Source: Octopus sinensis
Lineage: Eukaryota
Reading direction: 5' to 3'
Assembly (NCBI RefSeq): GCF_006345805.1
Contig: NC_043006.1
Coordinates: forward strand, 48,918,001-48,982,000
DNA: 64,000 bases
The position numbers and the translations under genes are program-made. Each line of letters begins with the position of its first letter. Position 1 is the stretch's first letter. Positions 1 through 11,991 of the stretch are shown here, in pieces. Under the pieces are notes generated by a model. The model was given only the letters and a program-made list of their open reading frames with translations. It was not told the origin of the DNA and made no database searches.

Positions 1-536
1 CTAATTCTTGGCTGTATCGATTGAGTCATATCAAGCTGCTAATATTACCTTTGGAGCTTGTTGTTATCAAGCTGTGAAATCTGCAAAATCTTCTTTTTTT
101 TTGTATTGATTTTAGAAATATGAGAATCAACCGGAATTCTTGTCACTTGTAAGTTAAGTAATAATATCATTGGATAAGATGTGATTATACCAGCCAATAG
201 CTGAGTTGACATGATGTCGGGTTATCAGACAAGCAGTTCACATTTTGTAGATTCCTGTTAGCATTGCACAATGTCTAGGGCATATTGTTTTATTCTTTTA
301 TTCTTTTACTTGTTTCAGTCACTTAAAAAAGAAATCGACCCCAGGACTTATGCTTTGTAAGCCTAGTACTTAATCTGATGGTCTCTTTTGCCAAACCACT
401 AAGCAATGGGGACGTAAATACACCAACATCGGTTGTCAAGCAATGGTGGTGGTGGTGGTGGGGGGACAAACACAGACACAAAGACACACACACATATATA
501 CATATCTCTCTTTCTCTCGCTGCCACCACAGCATCA

Positions 537-1010
537 GCATCATCATCTAACATCTATTGTCCATGCTGGTATGGGTTGGAAGGTTTTACCAAGGGCTGGT
601 AAGCTGAGGGGCTGCACCAAATTCAAATCTGATTTGGCATGGTTTCTATTGCTGGATGCCCTTCCTAATACCAACCACTCCAAGAGTGTATTGGGTGCTT
701 TTATGTGCCACTGGCACGGGTGCCAGTTGCGTGACACCAGTATATGTCAAAACAACAACAATTTCACTTGGCTTGATGCCCTTCCTAATGCCAACCACTC
801 CAAGAATGTAATGGGTGCTTTTACGTGCCACTGGCACAGGTGCCAGTTGCGTGACACCAGTATATGTCACAACAACAATTTCACTTGGCTTGATCGGTCT
901 TCTACTCAAGCACAGCATATTGCCAAAGGTCTCAGTTATTTGCCATTGCTGCCATGAAAGCCAATGCTTGAAAGGTGCTTATTACTTGCCACTCGCACAA
1001 CACTGGCATT
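537..1010 (-). mobile_element. RTE-type 3' tail element ending in (GAT)n, with an internal 120-bp tandem duplication
   Basis: (CAT)n then ctggatgcccttcctaatgccaacc motif; 655-774 is repeated at 775-894. Confidence 0.7.
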
Positions 1011-1200
1011 GGCCACATTGCTTCCAAGGTTGTTAACTCAGACCACTTTAAAAGAAAAAGAAGTTTGTACCACAGAACCAAGGGCAACCTGAGAAGGGTT
1101 AGTATCAAAAGAGTGATGAGTGTATAGAACATAAACACTGGAAAACACTACTGTAGCCATTAGAGAATATTAAATGTTATGTTGAACAATTTCTAGTTCC

Positions 1201-1749
1201 TTCTTGAGCCATGCCTGGCTCATAAGGGCCGGTTTCCTGGTTTCGTTGGCGTATAGGTTCCCCACCTGGATGGGACGCCGGTCCATCGCAGGTGAGTGGC
1301 AAGATGCAGGAGGAAAGAGTGAGAGAAAGTTGCGGCAAAAGAGTGAGCAGAAGTTTGCCATTACCTTCTGCCGGAGGCACGCGGAGCTTAGGTGTTTCGC
1401 TCATAAACACACACATCGCCCGGTCTGAGATTCGAACTCGCGATCCCTCGACCACGAGTCCGCTGCTCTAACCACTAGGCCATGTGCCTCCACAAATAAT
1501 AAATGCGCCCTTTTAAAGCCTAGCCAGGCTCATGGGCCCGGTTTCCCAGTTTCAATGGCGTATGTGTCCCCCAGCTGGACGGGACGCCAGTCCATCACAG
1601 CATTACTCATTTTTGCCAGCTGAGTGGACTGGAGCAATGTGAAATGAAGTGTTTTGCTCAAGAACACAATGCGTCACCTGGTCAAGGAATCGAAACCACA
1701 ATCTTACCATCATGATGCTGACACCCTAACCACTAAGCCACGCGCCTCC
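1201..1749 (-). mobile_element. Two adjacent SINE family C copies (1201-1491, 1496-1749), tRNA-like head plus CORE-like block
   Basis: Head ggaggc.c.tggc.tagtggttag...g.ttcgaatc/gattcc; shared 3' gaaaccggg...atgagcctggc. Other copies 34385-34600(-), 40164-40420, 41126-41465, 47187-47487, 57535-57750 (+). Confidence 0.8.
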
Positions 1750-1993
1750 ACAGAATTTCTGGTGACGACCTAGAAGTTACTACATTAACTGGAACGCAAT
1801 TGTTGTCTTGCACCTAAAGCATTATAACATTTATTCTGCTGCTTGCTTATTTAGCTTTAGTTGACCTCAAATGACTCTCCTAGTGATGACAGAGACAATG
1901 GCAGCATTCAGCTGTAAAAACAATCAATGGCACTTACAATGTACAAATGTCCTACATTCCCCCTGAAGCTATTTCATCCATGTCTCTATAGAC

Positions 1994-2876
1994 AATGGTA
2001 ATAAATAATTTTAAAATAATGTAGCACTGTGACCAGGCTTCTACAACATTCTACACTCATCAACTGGTGGGGGGGGAGGTAGATGTGTGGTTAAGAAGTT
2101 TGTTTCCCAAGCACATGGTTTTGAGTTCAGTTCTACTGTGTAGCACTTTGAACAAATGTCTTGTACTAGAGCCACGGGTTGAACAAAGCATTTTGAGTGA
2201 ATGTGGTAGAGAGAAACTGTGTGGAAACCCATTGTGTACTCTTTACTCTTTTACTCTTTTACTTGTTTCAGACATTTGACTGCAGCCATGCTGGAGCGCA
2301 AATCGACCCCAGGACTTGTTCTTTGTAAGCCTAGTACTTATTCTATCAGTCTCTTTTGCCGAACCACTAAGTTATGGGGATGTAGACACAACAGCATTGG
2401 TTGTCAAGCAATGTTGGAGGGACAAACACCAGACACAAACATATACACACACATGCACCTATACATATATACGACGGGCTTCTTTCAGTTTCCGTCTACC
2501 AAATCCACTCACAAGGCTTTGGTCGGCCCGAGGCCATAGTAGAAGACACTTGCTCAAGGTACCATGTGGAGGGACTGAGCCCAGAACCATGTGGTTGGTA
2601 AGCAAGTTACTTACCACACAGCCACTCTGCACTTATAATGGTAATAAATAATTTTAAAATAATGTAGCACTGTGATCAGGCTTCTACAACTTTCTACACT
2701 CATCAACTGGTGCGGGGTGTGGATGTGTGGTTAAGAAGTTTGCTTCCCAAGCACATGGTTTTGAGTTCAGTTCTACTGTGTAGCACTTTGAACAGATGTC
2801 TTGTACTAGAGCCACGGGTTGAACAAAGCATTTAGAGTGAACGAGGTAAAGAGAAACTGTGGAAAGCCATTGTGTG
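1994..2876. repeat. About 240-bp direct repeats (1994-2237, 2637-2876) flanking a SINE A
   Basis: Directly alignable, roughly 90% identical by eye; includes non-SINE flank sequence. Confidence 0.9.
2239..2628 (-). mobile_element. SINE family A (tRNA head, CORE-like block, central TA/CA microsatellite, (AAGAGT)n-type tail)
   Basis: Head ggagtggctgtgtggtaag...gggttcagtccc (A/B-box-like); core ccttgggcaagtgtcttctac; more than 25 copies in the window. Confidence 0.85.
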
Positions 2877-2878
2877 TG

Positions 2879-2925
<47 letters not shown>

Positions 2926-2932
2926 TTCATAG

Positions 2933-3272
2933 GTGTAGGAGTGGCTGTGTGGTAAGTAGCTTGCTTACCAACCACAAGGTTCCGGGTTCAGTCCCACTGC
3001 GTGGCAAGTGTTTTCTACTATAGCCTCAGGCTGACCAAAGCCTTGTGAGCGGATTTGGTAGACAGAAACTGAAAGAAGCCTGGCGTATATATGTATATAT
3101 ATGTACGTATATATGTACGTGTATGTGTATGTTTGTGTGTCTGTGTTTGTCCCCCCCAACATCGCTTGACAACCGATGGTGGTGTGTTTACGTCCCCGTA
3201 ACTTAGCGATTCGGCAAAAGAGAGACCGAAAGAATAAGTACTAGGCTTACAAAGAATAAGTCCTGGGGTCTT
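2933..3272 (+). mobile_element. SINE family A
   Basis: Same consensus; 3' end replaced by a family B fragment (3270-3450, minus). Confidence 0.85.
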
Positions 3273-3680
3273 TGAGGGAGGAGTAAGCTGATTACATCAA
3301 CCCCAGTGTTCTACTGATATTTATTTCACTGAGCCTGCAAGGATGAAAAGTCAAGTCGCCTTCAGCAGAATTTGAACTCTGAATGTAAAGATAGACGAAA
3401 TATTGCTAAGCATTTTGCCCAGCATGCTAACAATACTACCACCGTGCCACCTTTTATAGCAAAAACAACAACAGCAACAACAACAACAACAATAATAATC
3501 TGGTGTGTTTATTCTAATGACCTATCAAAGCAAACAATGAGTTTCTTTGCCCTAGGTGTCGGGAAGATACCCAGCAAGAAATGGAAACAAAATTGAAAGA
3601 TGAAAATAAAAATAATAGTAACAACAACAACAATTATATCATTCATTTTTGAAATAAAAAAATTGGAATTGAAAATTTAC

Positions 3681-3880
3681 CTTTTGGGTGTCATATTAAC
3701 ATCCCACCGTTCCAAAAGAAATTGTTCACCACCATGTTCAGCATTACTGTCAACGAACATGATATCGGTCTGTTGCTGGTTATGTCTGCATTTTGGAAAC
3801 AGAAGTAGCTCTATACACATAGGAATACTGTTCTTCCAGAGTGTTTCCATATACATCTTGAATTTCTTTGCTTCACAACA
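3681..3880 (-). CDS. ATOSA: Next coding exon of Atos/FAM214A homolog
   Basis: Acceptor tttttttattccatttAG, donor GTAAAT; 200 nt, open frame, phase 0 start matches the previous exon. Encodes CCEAKKFKMYMETLWKNSIPMCIELLLFPKCRHNQQQTDIMFVDSNAEHGGEQFLLERWDVNMTPK(R), versus recalled FAM214A CRQARRTRSEVTLLWKNNLPIMVEVMLLP...LLLERWILEPVPR. Not in the ORF track. Confidence 0.9.
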
Positions 3881-4235
3881 CTAAATGGAATAAAAAAAAC
3901 AAAAAAAATCAGTCAAGTTACAGCTAGCTCACACAGACACATATGCATATTGTGTGTGCGCGCGCGCGTGTGTGTGTGTGTGTGTCTGCGTGAGCGTGTG
4001 TAAAGTGAAACACATACATACTCTCTTTTTTTCTCTCTCTCTCACTGTAAAACAAATGTTTGTTTATATACGTACATGGTTGTTATGTATGTATATATGT
4101 ATATATATGCATGTATGTATATATGTGTGTGTGTGTGTGTGTGTATAAAGAGACAGACAGACAGAAAAAGAGAGAGTATGTGTGCGTGTATATGTGTCAT
4201 AATATATATGTAGCCATGTGTGTATACACATATGT

Positions 4236-4281
<46 letters not shown>

Positions 4282-4450
4282 ATATATACATATGTATACA
4301 TACATATGAATATGAAAGCTAAAACGATGCAAAGCACACTGTGAGCAGCGATGTGTAACAACATCCGATAGTCTAGTTGATCATGTGCACATGATTACAT
4401 ATGAATATATGAATTTTATATTTATATTTTGTAAACAAATATATATATGA

Positions 4451-4523
<73 letters not shown>

Positions 4524-5422
4524 ATACACACACACAAACATATATACATAAATGTATGTATATATATGTACAAATACATATGTATGCATGTATATGTGTA
4601 TGTGTGTGTGCATGTTTATGTGATTATAAACCAAAGAAAAAAAGTTTTACCATGAATTACAGAGCTAATTGTCTTTAATTTGGTATTTATTTTATCAGGT
4701 TCTTTTGCAGAACCACTAAGTTATGGAGACATACACAAACCAACACAGGCTCTCAACTGGCAGGGGTGGGCAACTCAGTCACACACATGACAGGCATCTA
4801 CACATCTAATAAACTTCCATCTCACAAATTCACTCACTAGGCATTGGTTGGCCAGTAGAAGACAGTTTCTGAAGGTACTATACAGTGGGATTGAACCCAA
4901 AGCCATGCTGTTCCAAAGTGAGCCTTCTTAACCACACAGCCATGCCTGAGCACTTTGGACTTAACAATCTGTACTGTATATATTTCTCAATTATTGTGTT
5001 GCTAATGGAGAAACTTAATTCCAAAGACTATGTTTTGTTCTGCTATTTTTCGTTTACTAGTTTCAGTTATTTGAATGTGGCCATGCTGGAGCACCACCTT
5101 AAAGGGTTACAGTCAACCAAATCGACCCCCAGGACTTATTCTTTGTAAGCCTAGTACTTATTCTATCAGTCTCTTTTGCTGAACCGCTAGGTTATGGGGA
5201 CATAAACACACCAGCATCGGTTGTCAAGTGATGGTGGTGGGGACAAACATAAACAAACACACAAATACATACATACATACATACATACATACACACATAC
5301 ATACATATATATATATATATATGTTACAATTTAGAACAAACAGTAAGTTGTCATTATCGTACTTGGACATTATTAACATTATTTACATTTGACGGATATT
5401 TGTCCACATCTTGTTTGTTGTT

Positions 5423-5468
5423 AACACAACATTTCAGCTGATATACCTTCCAGCCTTCATCAGGTGTC
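5423..5468 (-). ncRNA. Minimal type I hammerhead-like motif, sense to the Atos pre-mRNA
   Basis: GACAC-CUGAUGA-A-GGCUG-gaagguauau-CAGCU-GAAA-U-GUU-GUGUU. Core intact; two CpG-type C>T changes relative to the expected CAGCC-GAAAC-GUU. Confidence 0.6.
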
Positions 5469-5525
5469 TTGGGGAAATTTCGAACCTGGGTTCTAAATTC
5501 CTAAGGTATTTTTTGATGTTGTTGG

Positions 5526-5559
<34 letters not shown>

Positions 5560-5670
5560 ATCACTGCCTGAAATCAAACTCGGAATCTTGGTGTTAGTAG
5601 CCCGTGCTCATATGGCGTAGTGGTTAAGTGTGCAGGTTACTAACCCCAAGATTCTGAGTTTCAGCGGTGA

Positions 5671-5726
<56 letters not shown>

Positions 5727-5782
5727 GTAATAACATCTAAAAATACATTTTGAATGAGAACCCAGGGTCGAAATTTCCCCAA

Positions 5783-5825
5783 GACACCTAATAAAGGCTG
5801 GAGGGTATTTCAGCCGAAATGTGTT
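5783..5825 (+). ncRNA. Degenerate inverted hammerhead copy
   Basis: GACAC-CUAAUAA-A-GGCUG-gaggguauuu-CAGCC-GAAAU-GUGUU; core G>A changes and loss of the GUU triplet. Confidence 0.4.
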
Positions 5826-5929
5826 AACAACAAACAAGATGAGGTCAAATATCCATATAATGTAAATAATGTACATAATTCCTCATCTCTTAAATATAGA
5901 ACTGTAAGTGAAATAACATTGTTACATGC

Positions 5930-6590
5930 TATTTTCGTTGTCATTAATAATTTGAACTTAATAACCTCTATAAAGAGTATATTCAATTTCCTATTTGCTG
6001 GTTGTGTCATCATGGTAGGAGTGTAAACCCAGATTACTAAACAAAACAAAACCCGGGATAAATCATCATCATCATCATCGTTTAGCGTCCGCTTTCCATG
6101 CTAGCATGGGTTGGATGGTTCAACTGGGGTCTGGGAAGCCAGAAGGCTGCACCAGGCCCAGTCTGATCTGGCAATGTTTCTACGGCTGGATGCCCTTTCT
6201 AAGGCCAACCACTCCGTGAGTGTAGTGGGTGCTTTTTACATGCCAGACGAGGCTGGCAAACGGCCACGATTGGATGGTGCTTTTTACGTGCCACCGGCAT
6301 GGAGGCCAGGCGAGGCTGGCAACGGCCACGATCGGATGGTGCTTTTTTACATGCCACCGGCACGGAGGCCAGTCAGGGCGGCGCTGGCAATGGCCACGTT
6401 CAGATGGTTCTCTTACGTACCACCGGCACTGGTATCACAGCTACAATTTCCATTGATGTTGATCGATTTCGATTTTGATTTTGATTTTCTGGGTTTACAC
6501 TCCTACCATGATGACACAACCAGCAAACAGGAAATTGAATATACTCTTTATAGAGGTTATTAAGTTCAAATTATTAATAACAACAAAATA
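5930..6590. repeat. About 100-bp inverted repeat pair (5930-6032 / 6489-6590) enclosing an RTE-type tail element
   Basis: Arms nearly identical in reverse complement; the ORF track gives the shared peptide WVYTPTMMTQPANRKLNILFIEVIKFKLL on both strands. Confidence 0.9.
6062..6487 (-). mobile_element. RTE-type tail element, long copy
   Basis: (CAT)n-cgtttagcgtccgctttccatgctagcatggg... ending in (GATTTT)n; three internal tandem subrepeats. Confidence 0.7.
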
Positions 6591-6861
6591 TATTCTCAAA
6601 ATATTACTGAGAGGTAACTGCAATGAAAAAGGGTGGGAACTAATAACTACCGTAAAGACTAGCAGAGGTGGTTGTACAAGAGTGATAGATAGATGTGGTG
6701 CAGATGGAAGAGATCCAAGCTGCATACTTCCCAGTTTACAAGTTTGATTCCTTACTAAGTCATTTCAAATTCTGATTGCCCTATAATATTCATTAATATA
6801 GATTATATTTTTTGCATGAGAACAGTAATCAGAGTAAAAATTCTAACTATATATATATACA

Positions 6862-7031
6862 CAGGAGTGGTTGTAGGCACAGGAGCAGCTGTGTAGTAAG
6901 CAGCTTGCTTACCAACCACATGATTCTGGGTTCAGTGTCTTCTACTATAGCCTTGAGCCGACCAAAGCCTTGTGAGTGGATTTGGTAGACAGAAACTGAA
7001 AGAAGCCTGTCATATATATATATAGAGAGAG

Positions 7032-7062
<31 letters not shown>

Positions 7063-7400
7063 TAGATAGCTATACATAAGTATATATATAGATATAGATA
7101 TATAGATATATACACATATATATATATATAGATATAGATATATATACATATGTATGTATGTATGTATGTATGTGTGTGTATGTGTACATGTTTGTTGTGT
7201 TTGTATTTGCCCCCACTCCCACATCACTTGACAACCGATGCTGGTGTGTTTACGTCCCCATAAATTAGTGGTTTGGCAAAAGGGACCAATAGAATAAGTA
7301 CTAGGCTTACAAAGAATAGGTCCCGAGGTCGATTTGCTCGACTAAAAGCGGTGCTCCAGCATGACAAGAGTCAAATGACTGAAACAAGTAAAAAGAAAAA
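6862..7400 (+). mobile_element. SINE family A (degenerate neighbour at 7490-7880)
   Basis: Full head-core-microsatellite-tail. Confidence 0.85.
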
Positions 7401-8906
7401 GAATAGTGTAATGGTAGCACATCTGATGTGAAGTTTGAAGGAATGGGTTCCATTCCGACCACAGGCACCTGAATGTGTTTTATTGGTGCAGGTGTGGCTG
7501 TATGGTAAGAAGCTTGCTTTCCAACCACATGGTTGTGGGTTCAATCCCACTACATGGGGAAGTGTCTTCTACTAGAGCCTGAAGCTGACCCAAACCTCAT
7601 GAGTGTATCTGGTAGACTGAAACTGAATGAAGCCCATCATGTGTGTGTGTGTGTGTGTGCATGCATATTCTTCTCTCTGTATCTGTCCTTCACCATCGAT
7701 TTACAACTGGTGTTGGTATGTTTACATCCCCATAACCTAATGGTTTGGCAAATGAGACCAATGGAATAAGCACCAGACTTATAAAAAAAAACCTCCTGGT
7801 GTTGATTCCTTCAACTAAAATGTCAAGGCAGTGCCCCAGCATGGCTATTGCTTAATGACTGAAACAAATCAAAAGATACAAAATAAAAAGATAACTAGCA
7901 GAAAGACCCACTAGCGTAGCTAGAGTGTGTGCCACAAGGGGCAGCTCTTCCATTTTCCACCCCCAGACCCCACAAAAAACATATTGCCTACAACAGACCC
8001 AAAAGTGCCTACCCTGCCACCCACCCAGCAATGCTAGTGGAGAGACCACCTGTGAACAGTTTTCTGCTAATCCCTAATTGATATATACAAATTTGATTCC
8101 CAATTTGTATAATTTTTCTGTTATGCCACATCTGATTTGTCTTTGCATCCTTCATTCATCTAATAGTACTCAATCAATCAGAAAATGTTTCCATGGTTAT
8201 TTTACTACAATCTTAATCTCTCTTTCAAAACTGTAGCAGTAATTTGAAATTGAATCCTAGATATGCAGTCAGTCAGACATCATGAGTTTAACCACCACAG
8301 TTTCATGTGATTGGTCCATTAATCAACCAATCAAAGTCAAGCAATGGTGTGGACAGGTTTTCTCAAGCATTCTAAGATTTGACTTCTGGTCTCCAATAAA
8401 AGCCGTTCAATACACATTTTTACCAACCACACAACACAGGAAGGCAGCTAAGACAGATGACAGAGATAAATGACAGGAACCTCTGTTGCCATGAATGTAT
8501 TACAATTGTTTCCAGTTATGTTTGAGGAGCCAAATGTTACCGTATCAACAGCTTGCCGTACACTCCAAGCAGTATCTCTCCCCCAGTATGTAATTATTGC
8601 CGTTGTTATCTGTAAAAGGCCAATTCAGCTTTGTCATTATGTGCAAATAATAAAATCTTCTGTTAAATGTTTGCAGATGTTGTTCAGTTACTTCTTTGCG
8701 CAGCCCCCCAACAAATAAATTTGCATTCTTTGACTCAAACAGCAGCAGCAACAACATTACCCATGCAACAAAACAAATTCAAAAGGTAGTCCATCCTCTA
8801 CCTAGTCGTTTACTGTGCTAGAAATAACAGGGTTCCTGTGGGTATATTCTAAGGCATGTAGCATATCAAACAGCCATGCCAACAAATTTGCCTCAGATAT
8901 TTTAGT

Positions 8907-8932
<26 letters not shown>

Positions 8933-8937
<5 letters not shown>

Positions 8938-9322
8938 TTACTTGTTTCAGTCATTTGACTGTGGCCATGCTGGAGCACCGCCTTTAGTCGATCGAGCAAA
9001 TCAACCCCAGGACTTAATCTTTGTGAGCCTAGCACTTATTCTATTGGTCTCTTTTGCCGAACCGTTAAGTTACAGGGACGCAAACACACCAGTATCGGTT
9101 GTCACGTGATGTTAGGGGGACAAACACAGACACACACACACACACACGCATATATATACGACGGGCTTCTTTCAGTTTCCATCTACTGAATCCACTCACA
9201 AGGCTTTGGTCAGCCCGCGGCTATAGTAGAAGACACTTGCCCAAGGTGCCAGGCAGTGGGACTGAACCCGGAATCATGTGGTTCGTTAGCAAGCTACTTA
9301 CCACACAGCCACTCCTACGCCT
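8933..9322 (-). mobile_element. SINE family A (degenerate copy at 9912-10305)
   Basis: Full-length consensus match. Confidence 0.85.
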
Positions 9323-9429
9323 ACAGAGAAGATTTACACAGATTGCAAAGAGATAAAGAACTACGGAGAGAAGATACGCCAATGTAGCGATTTCAAACTT
9401 GTTACAATATTCACTATAATTTAAAGTGT

Positions 9430-9900
9430 TCAAGGAATCATCAGAAATGGTAAATTCTTAATATAATCACTTTACCTTACATTCTCCAAGAGAATATTAT
9501 AAATGTTATAATCCTTTTATAATATTCACCATACCTTATGTTAATCATATTTTATACTCTTCAAGACCACATATGAAACGGTAGCTCCATTTTATATAAT
9601 CACTTAACCTTATATTCCCTAAGACATATAAGGTGTTACAATCTCTTTATAATATTCACGATACATTAGACGATTAGACTCATCAAGACAATATCAGAAA
9701 CGGTAAATTCCATTTCTATAATCACTTTTCCTTATATTCTCTGAGACAACAAAAATGGTTATATGATCTCTTTATAATACTCACCAGACCACATATACTC
9801 TTCAATATAACATTAGAAATGCTAAATTTCTTTAAAATATCCATTGTGCTTTATAATCTCTCACACACCATTGCAAACAGTAAAATCCTTTTTATATTAT
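9430..9900. repeat. Degenerate AT-rich tandem repeat, period about 122-133 bp
   Basis: tataatcact anchor near 9462, 9595, 9717. Confidence 0.65.
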
Positions 9901-10511
9901 CATTCATCTTTTACATGTTTCAGCCTTTAGACTGAGGCCATGCTGGGGCATCACACTGAAGAGCTTTTAGCTGAATGAATCAACAACCCCAGTACTTTTT
10001 TTTTGTTTTTTTTTTTAGCCTGGTACATATTCTATTGGTCTCTTTTTGCCAAGCTGCTAAGTCACAGGGATGTCAAGAAACCAACATTGGTTGTCAAGTG
10101 GTGGCAGGGAACAAACACAGACACAATGACACACACATAAATATATGTATAATGGGCTTCTTTCAGTTTCCATCTACCAAATCCACTCATAAGGCCTTGT
10201 TCAGCCCAAGGCTATATTAGTAAACAATTGCCCATGGTGCCACACAGTGGGACTGAACCCAGAACCAAGTGGTTGGGAATCAAAACATTCGTACCATACA
10301 GCTATGCCTGCATCTTATTAGACCTTATAATTATCTCAGACAACACAAATTATTTTCAACTCATTTATATGTATTCACAATATCCTCTCTGAAACAATGA
10401 TAATGTCACTATAATTAGATATGGTTAATCCATAAGATTATTTCAACATCTCACTTGTAATACCTTCTAAATAATAGACCATCAAATAAATAAATAAATA
10501 AATAAATACAT

Positions 10512-10669
10512 AGGCACAAGAGTGGCTGTGTGGTAAGTAGCTTGCTTACCAGCTACATGGTTCTGAGTTCAGTCCCACTGCGTGGCTTCTTGAGCAAGTG
10601 TTTTTTACTATAGCCCCGGGCTGACTGAAGCTTTGTGAATGGATTTGATAGACAGCAACTGAAAGAAAC

Positions 10670-10734
<65 letters not shown>

Positions 10735-11085
10735 AAATATCAATCATCATCATCGTTTAACGTCTACTTTCCATGCTAGCATGAGTTGGATGATTTGACT
10801 GAGGACTGGCAAACCAGATGGCTGCACCAGGCTCCAATCTGATCTGGCAGAGTTTTTACAGCTGGATGCCCTTCCAATATATATATATGTATATGTTTGT
10901 GTGTCTGTGTTTGTCCCCCCACAACTGATGTTGGTGTGTTTACATCCCGTAACTTAGCGGTTCGGCAAAAGAGACCAATAGAATAAGTACTAGGCTTACA
11001 AAGGATAAGTCCTGGAGTCAAATTCTTTGACTAAAGGCGGTGCTCCAGTATGACCACAATCAAATGACTGAAGCAAATAAAATAC
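10512..11085 (+). mobile_element. SINE family A split by an RTE-type tail in its microsatellite
   Basis: 5' half 10512-10675, insert 10744-10875, 3' half 10895-11085. Confidence 0.8.
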
Positions 11086-11812
11086 ATACATACATGCAAA
11101 TGTGTTTGTATATAGATATGTGTGTGTGTATGTGTGAGAGTTTACATATAAATAAGATGTATGTACGTTATAGACAGATGTGTGTGTGTATGAGTGTGTA
11201 CATATGTACATAAGTGTGTTTGCAGGTAGGTAAATGCATTTGTGTACATACACGTATATGTGTGCATATGCACTTGCATGTATGTGTGTGCACATGCATA
11301 CACTCATGTGTATGTAGGTACGTGACTGAATGATGCGGTGTGAGTATACATATCTATATATATGCGTTCTTGCATTTATATATGTGTGTGTGTGTATGTG
11401 CATTTACATCAATATCTGAGTAAGTGTGCAGATGCATATGAAGACACTTGCATAGAAAACACTTGCCCAAAGCACCACACAGTGGGACTGAACCTGGAAC
11501 TTAGTGGATGGTAAACAAGCTTCTTACCACACAGCCATGCCTGCACCTTATTGGACCATATATTATCCAAGACAACATCAACCATGTGTGAGTGTGTATA
11601 CATATGTATATATTATATATGAAAGAAACCCATCATATATATATATATATATATATGCGAAAGTAGACTGGAGTCTGGCACAGCCCCCAGCTTGCCTTCC
11701 AACCCATGCCAGCATGGACAACAGATGTTAAATGATGATGACGATGATGATGTGTATATGTTTGCATATGCGTGTGCATGCATGTATTTGCATGTTGTAA
11801 AGTTCTACTCAC

Positions 11813-11991
11813 CCTGATGTCCTGGTAATCACAGACATGCTTATTGACCTTCGGGAACTGAGGACAGTGTGGGCCCTCAGTTCTTCCTTTTGCTGACAGC
11901 TCAGGTAGACGAGCCTCAACAATTAGCATCCCTATTGTAACAAACAGCTCTCGAGGATCCCAGTCTTCATCCTCCATATTCTGCTGGAGAT
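11813..11991 (-). CDS. ATOSA: Internal coding exon of Atos/FAM214A homolog (N-terminal region)
   Basis: Acceptor tcttctctttgtgttgcAG, donor GTGAGT; 179 nt (phase 1 to phase 0). Encodes xLQQNMEDEDWDPRELFVTIGMLIVEARLPELSAKGRTEGPHCPQFPKVNKHVCDYQDIR, which matches recalled human FAM214A YDAEEFLVSLALLITEGRTPECSVKGRTESFHCP...KHEC. Confidence 0.9.

Larger units (their letters stand above)
5377..5905. mobile_element. Head-to-head inverted dimer of a tRNA-headed, hammerhead-containing element
   Basis: 5377-about 5608 is the imperfect reverse complement of about 5630-5871. Central A-box TGGCGTAGTGG (5613-5623); each arm has (AAT)n, then a hammerhead motif, then a tail. Confidence 0.65.
3881..11812 (-). 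other. 7.9-kb GT-AG intron of the Atos homolog
   Basis: Lies between the two in-frame exons above; filled with SINEs, hairpins and microsatellites. Confidence 0.85.

Noticed and set aside
116-148. Plus-strand 33-nt exon-like segment (KYENQPEFLSL) with good acceptor and GTAAGT donor
   Set aside because: Antisense inside the Atos intron, no partner exons found, no recognisable homology; probably chance.
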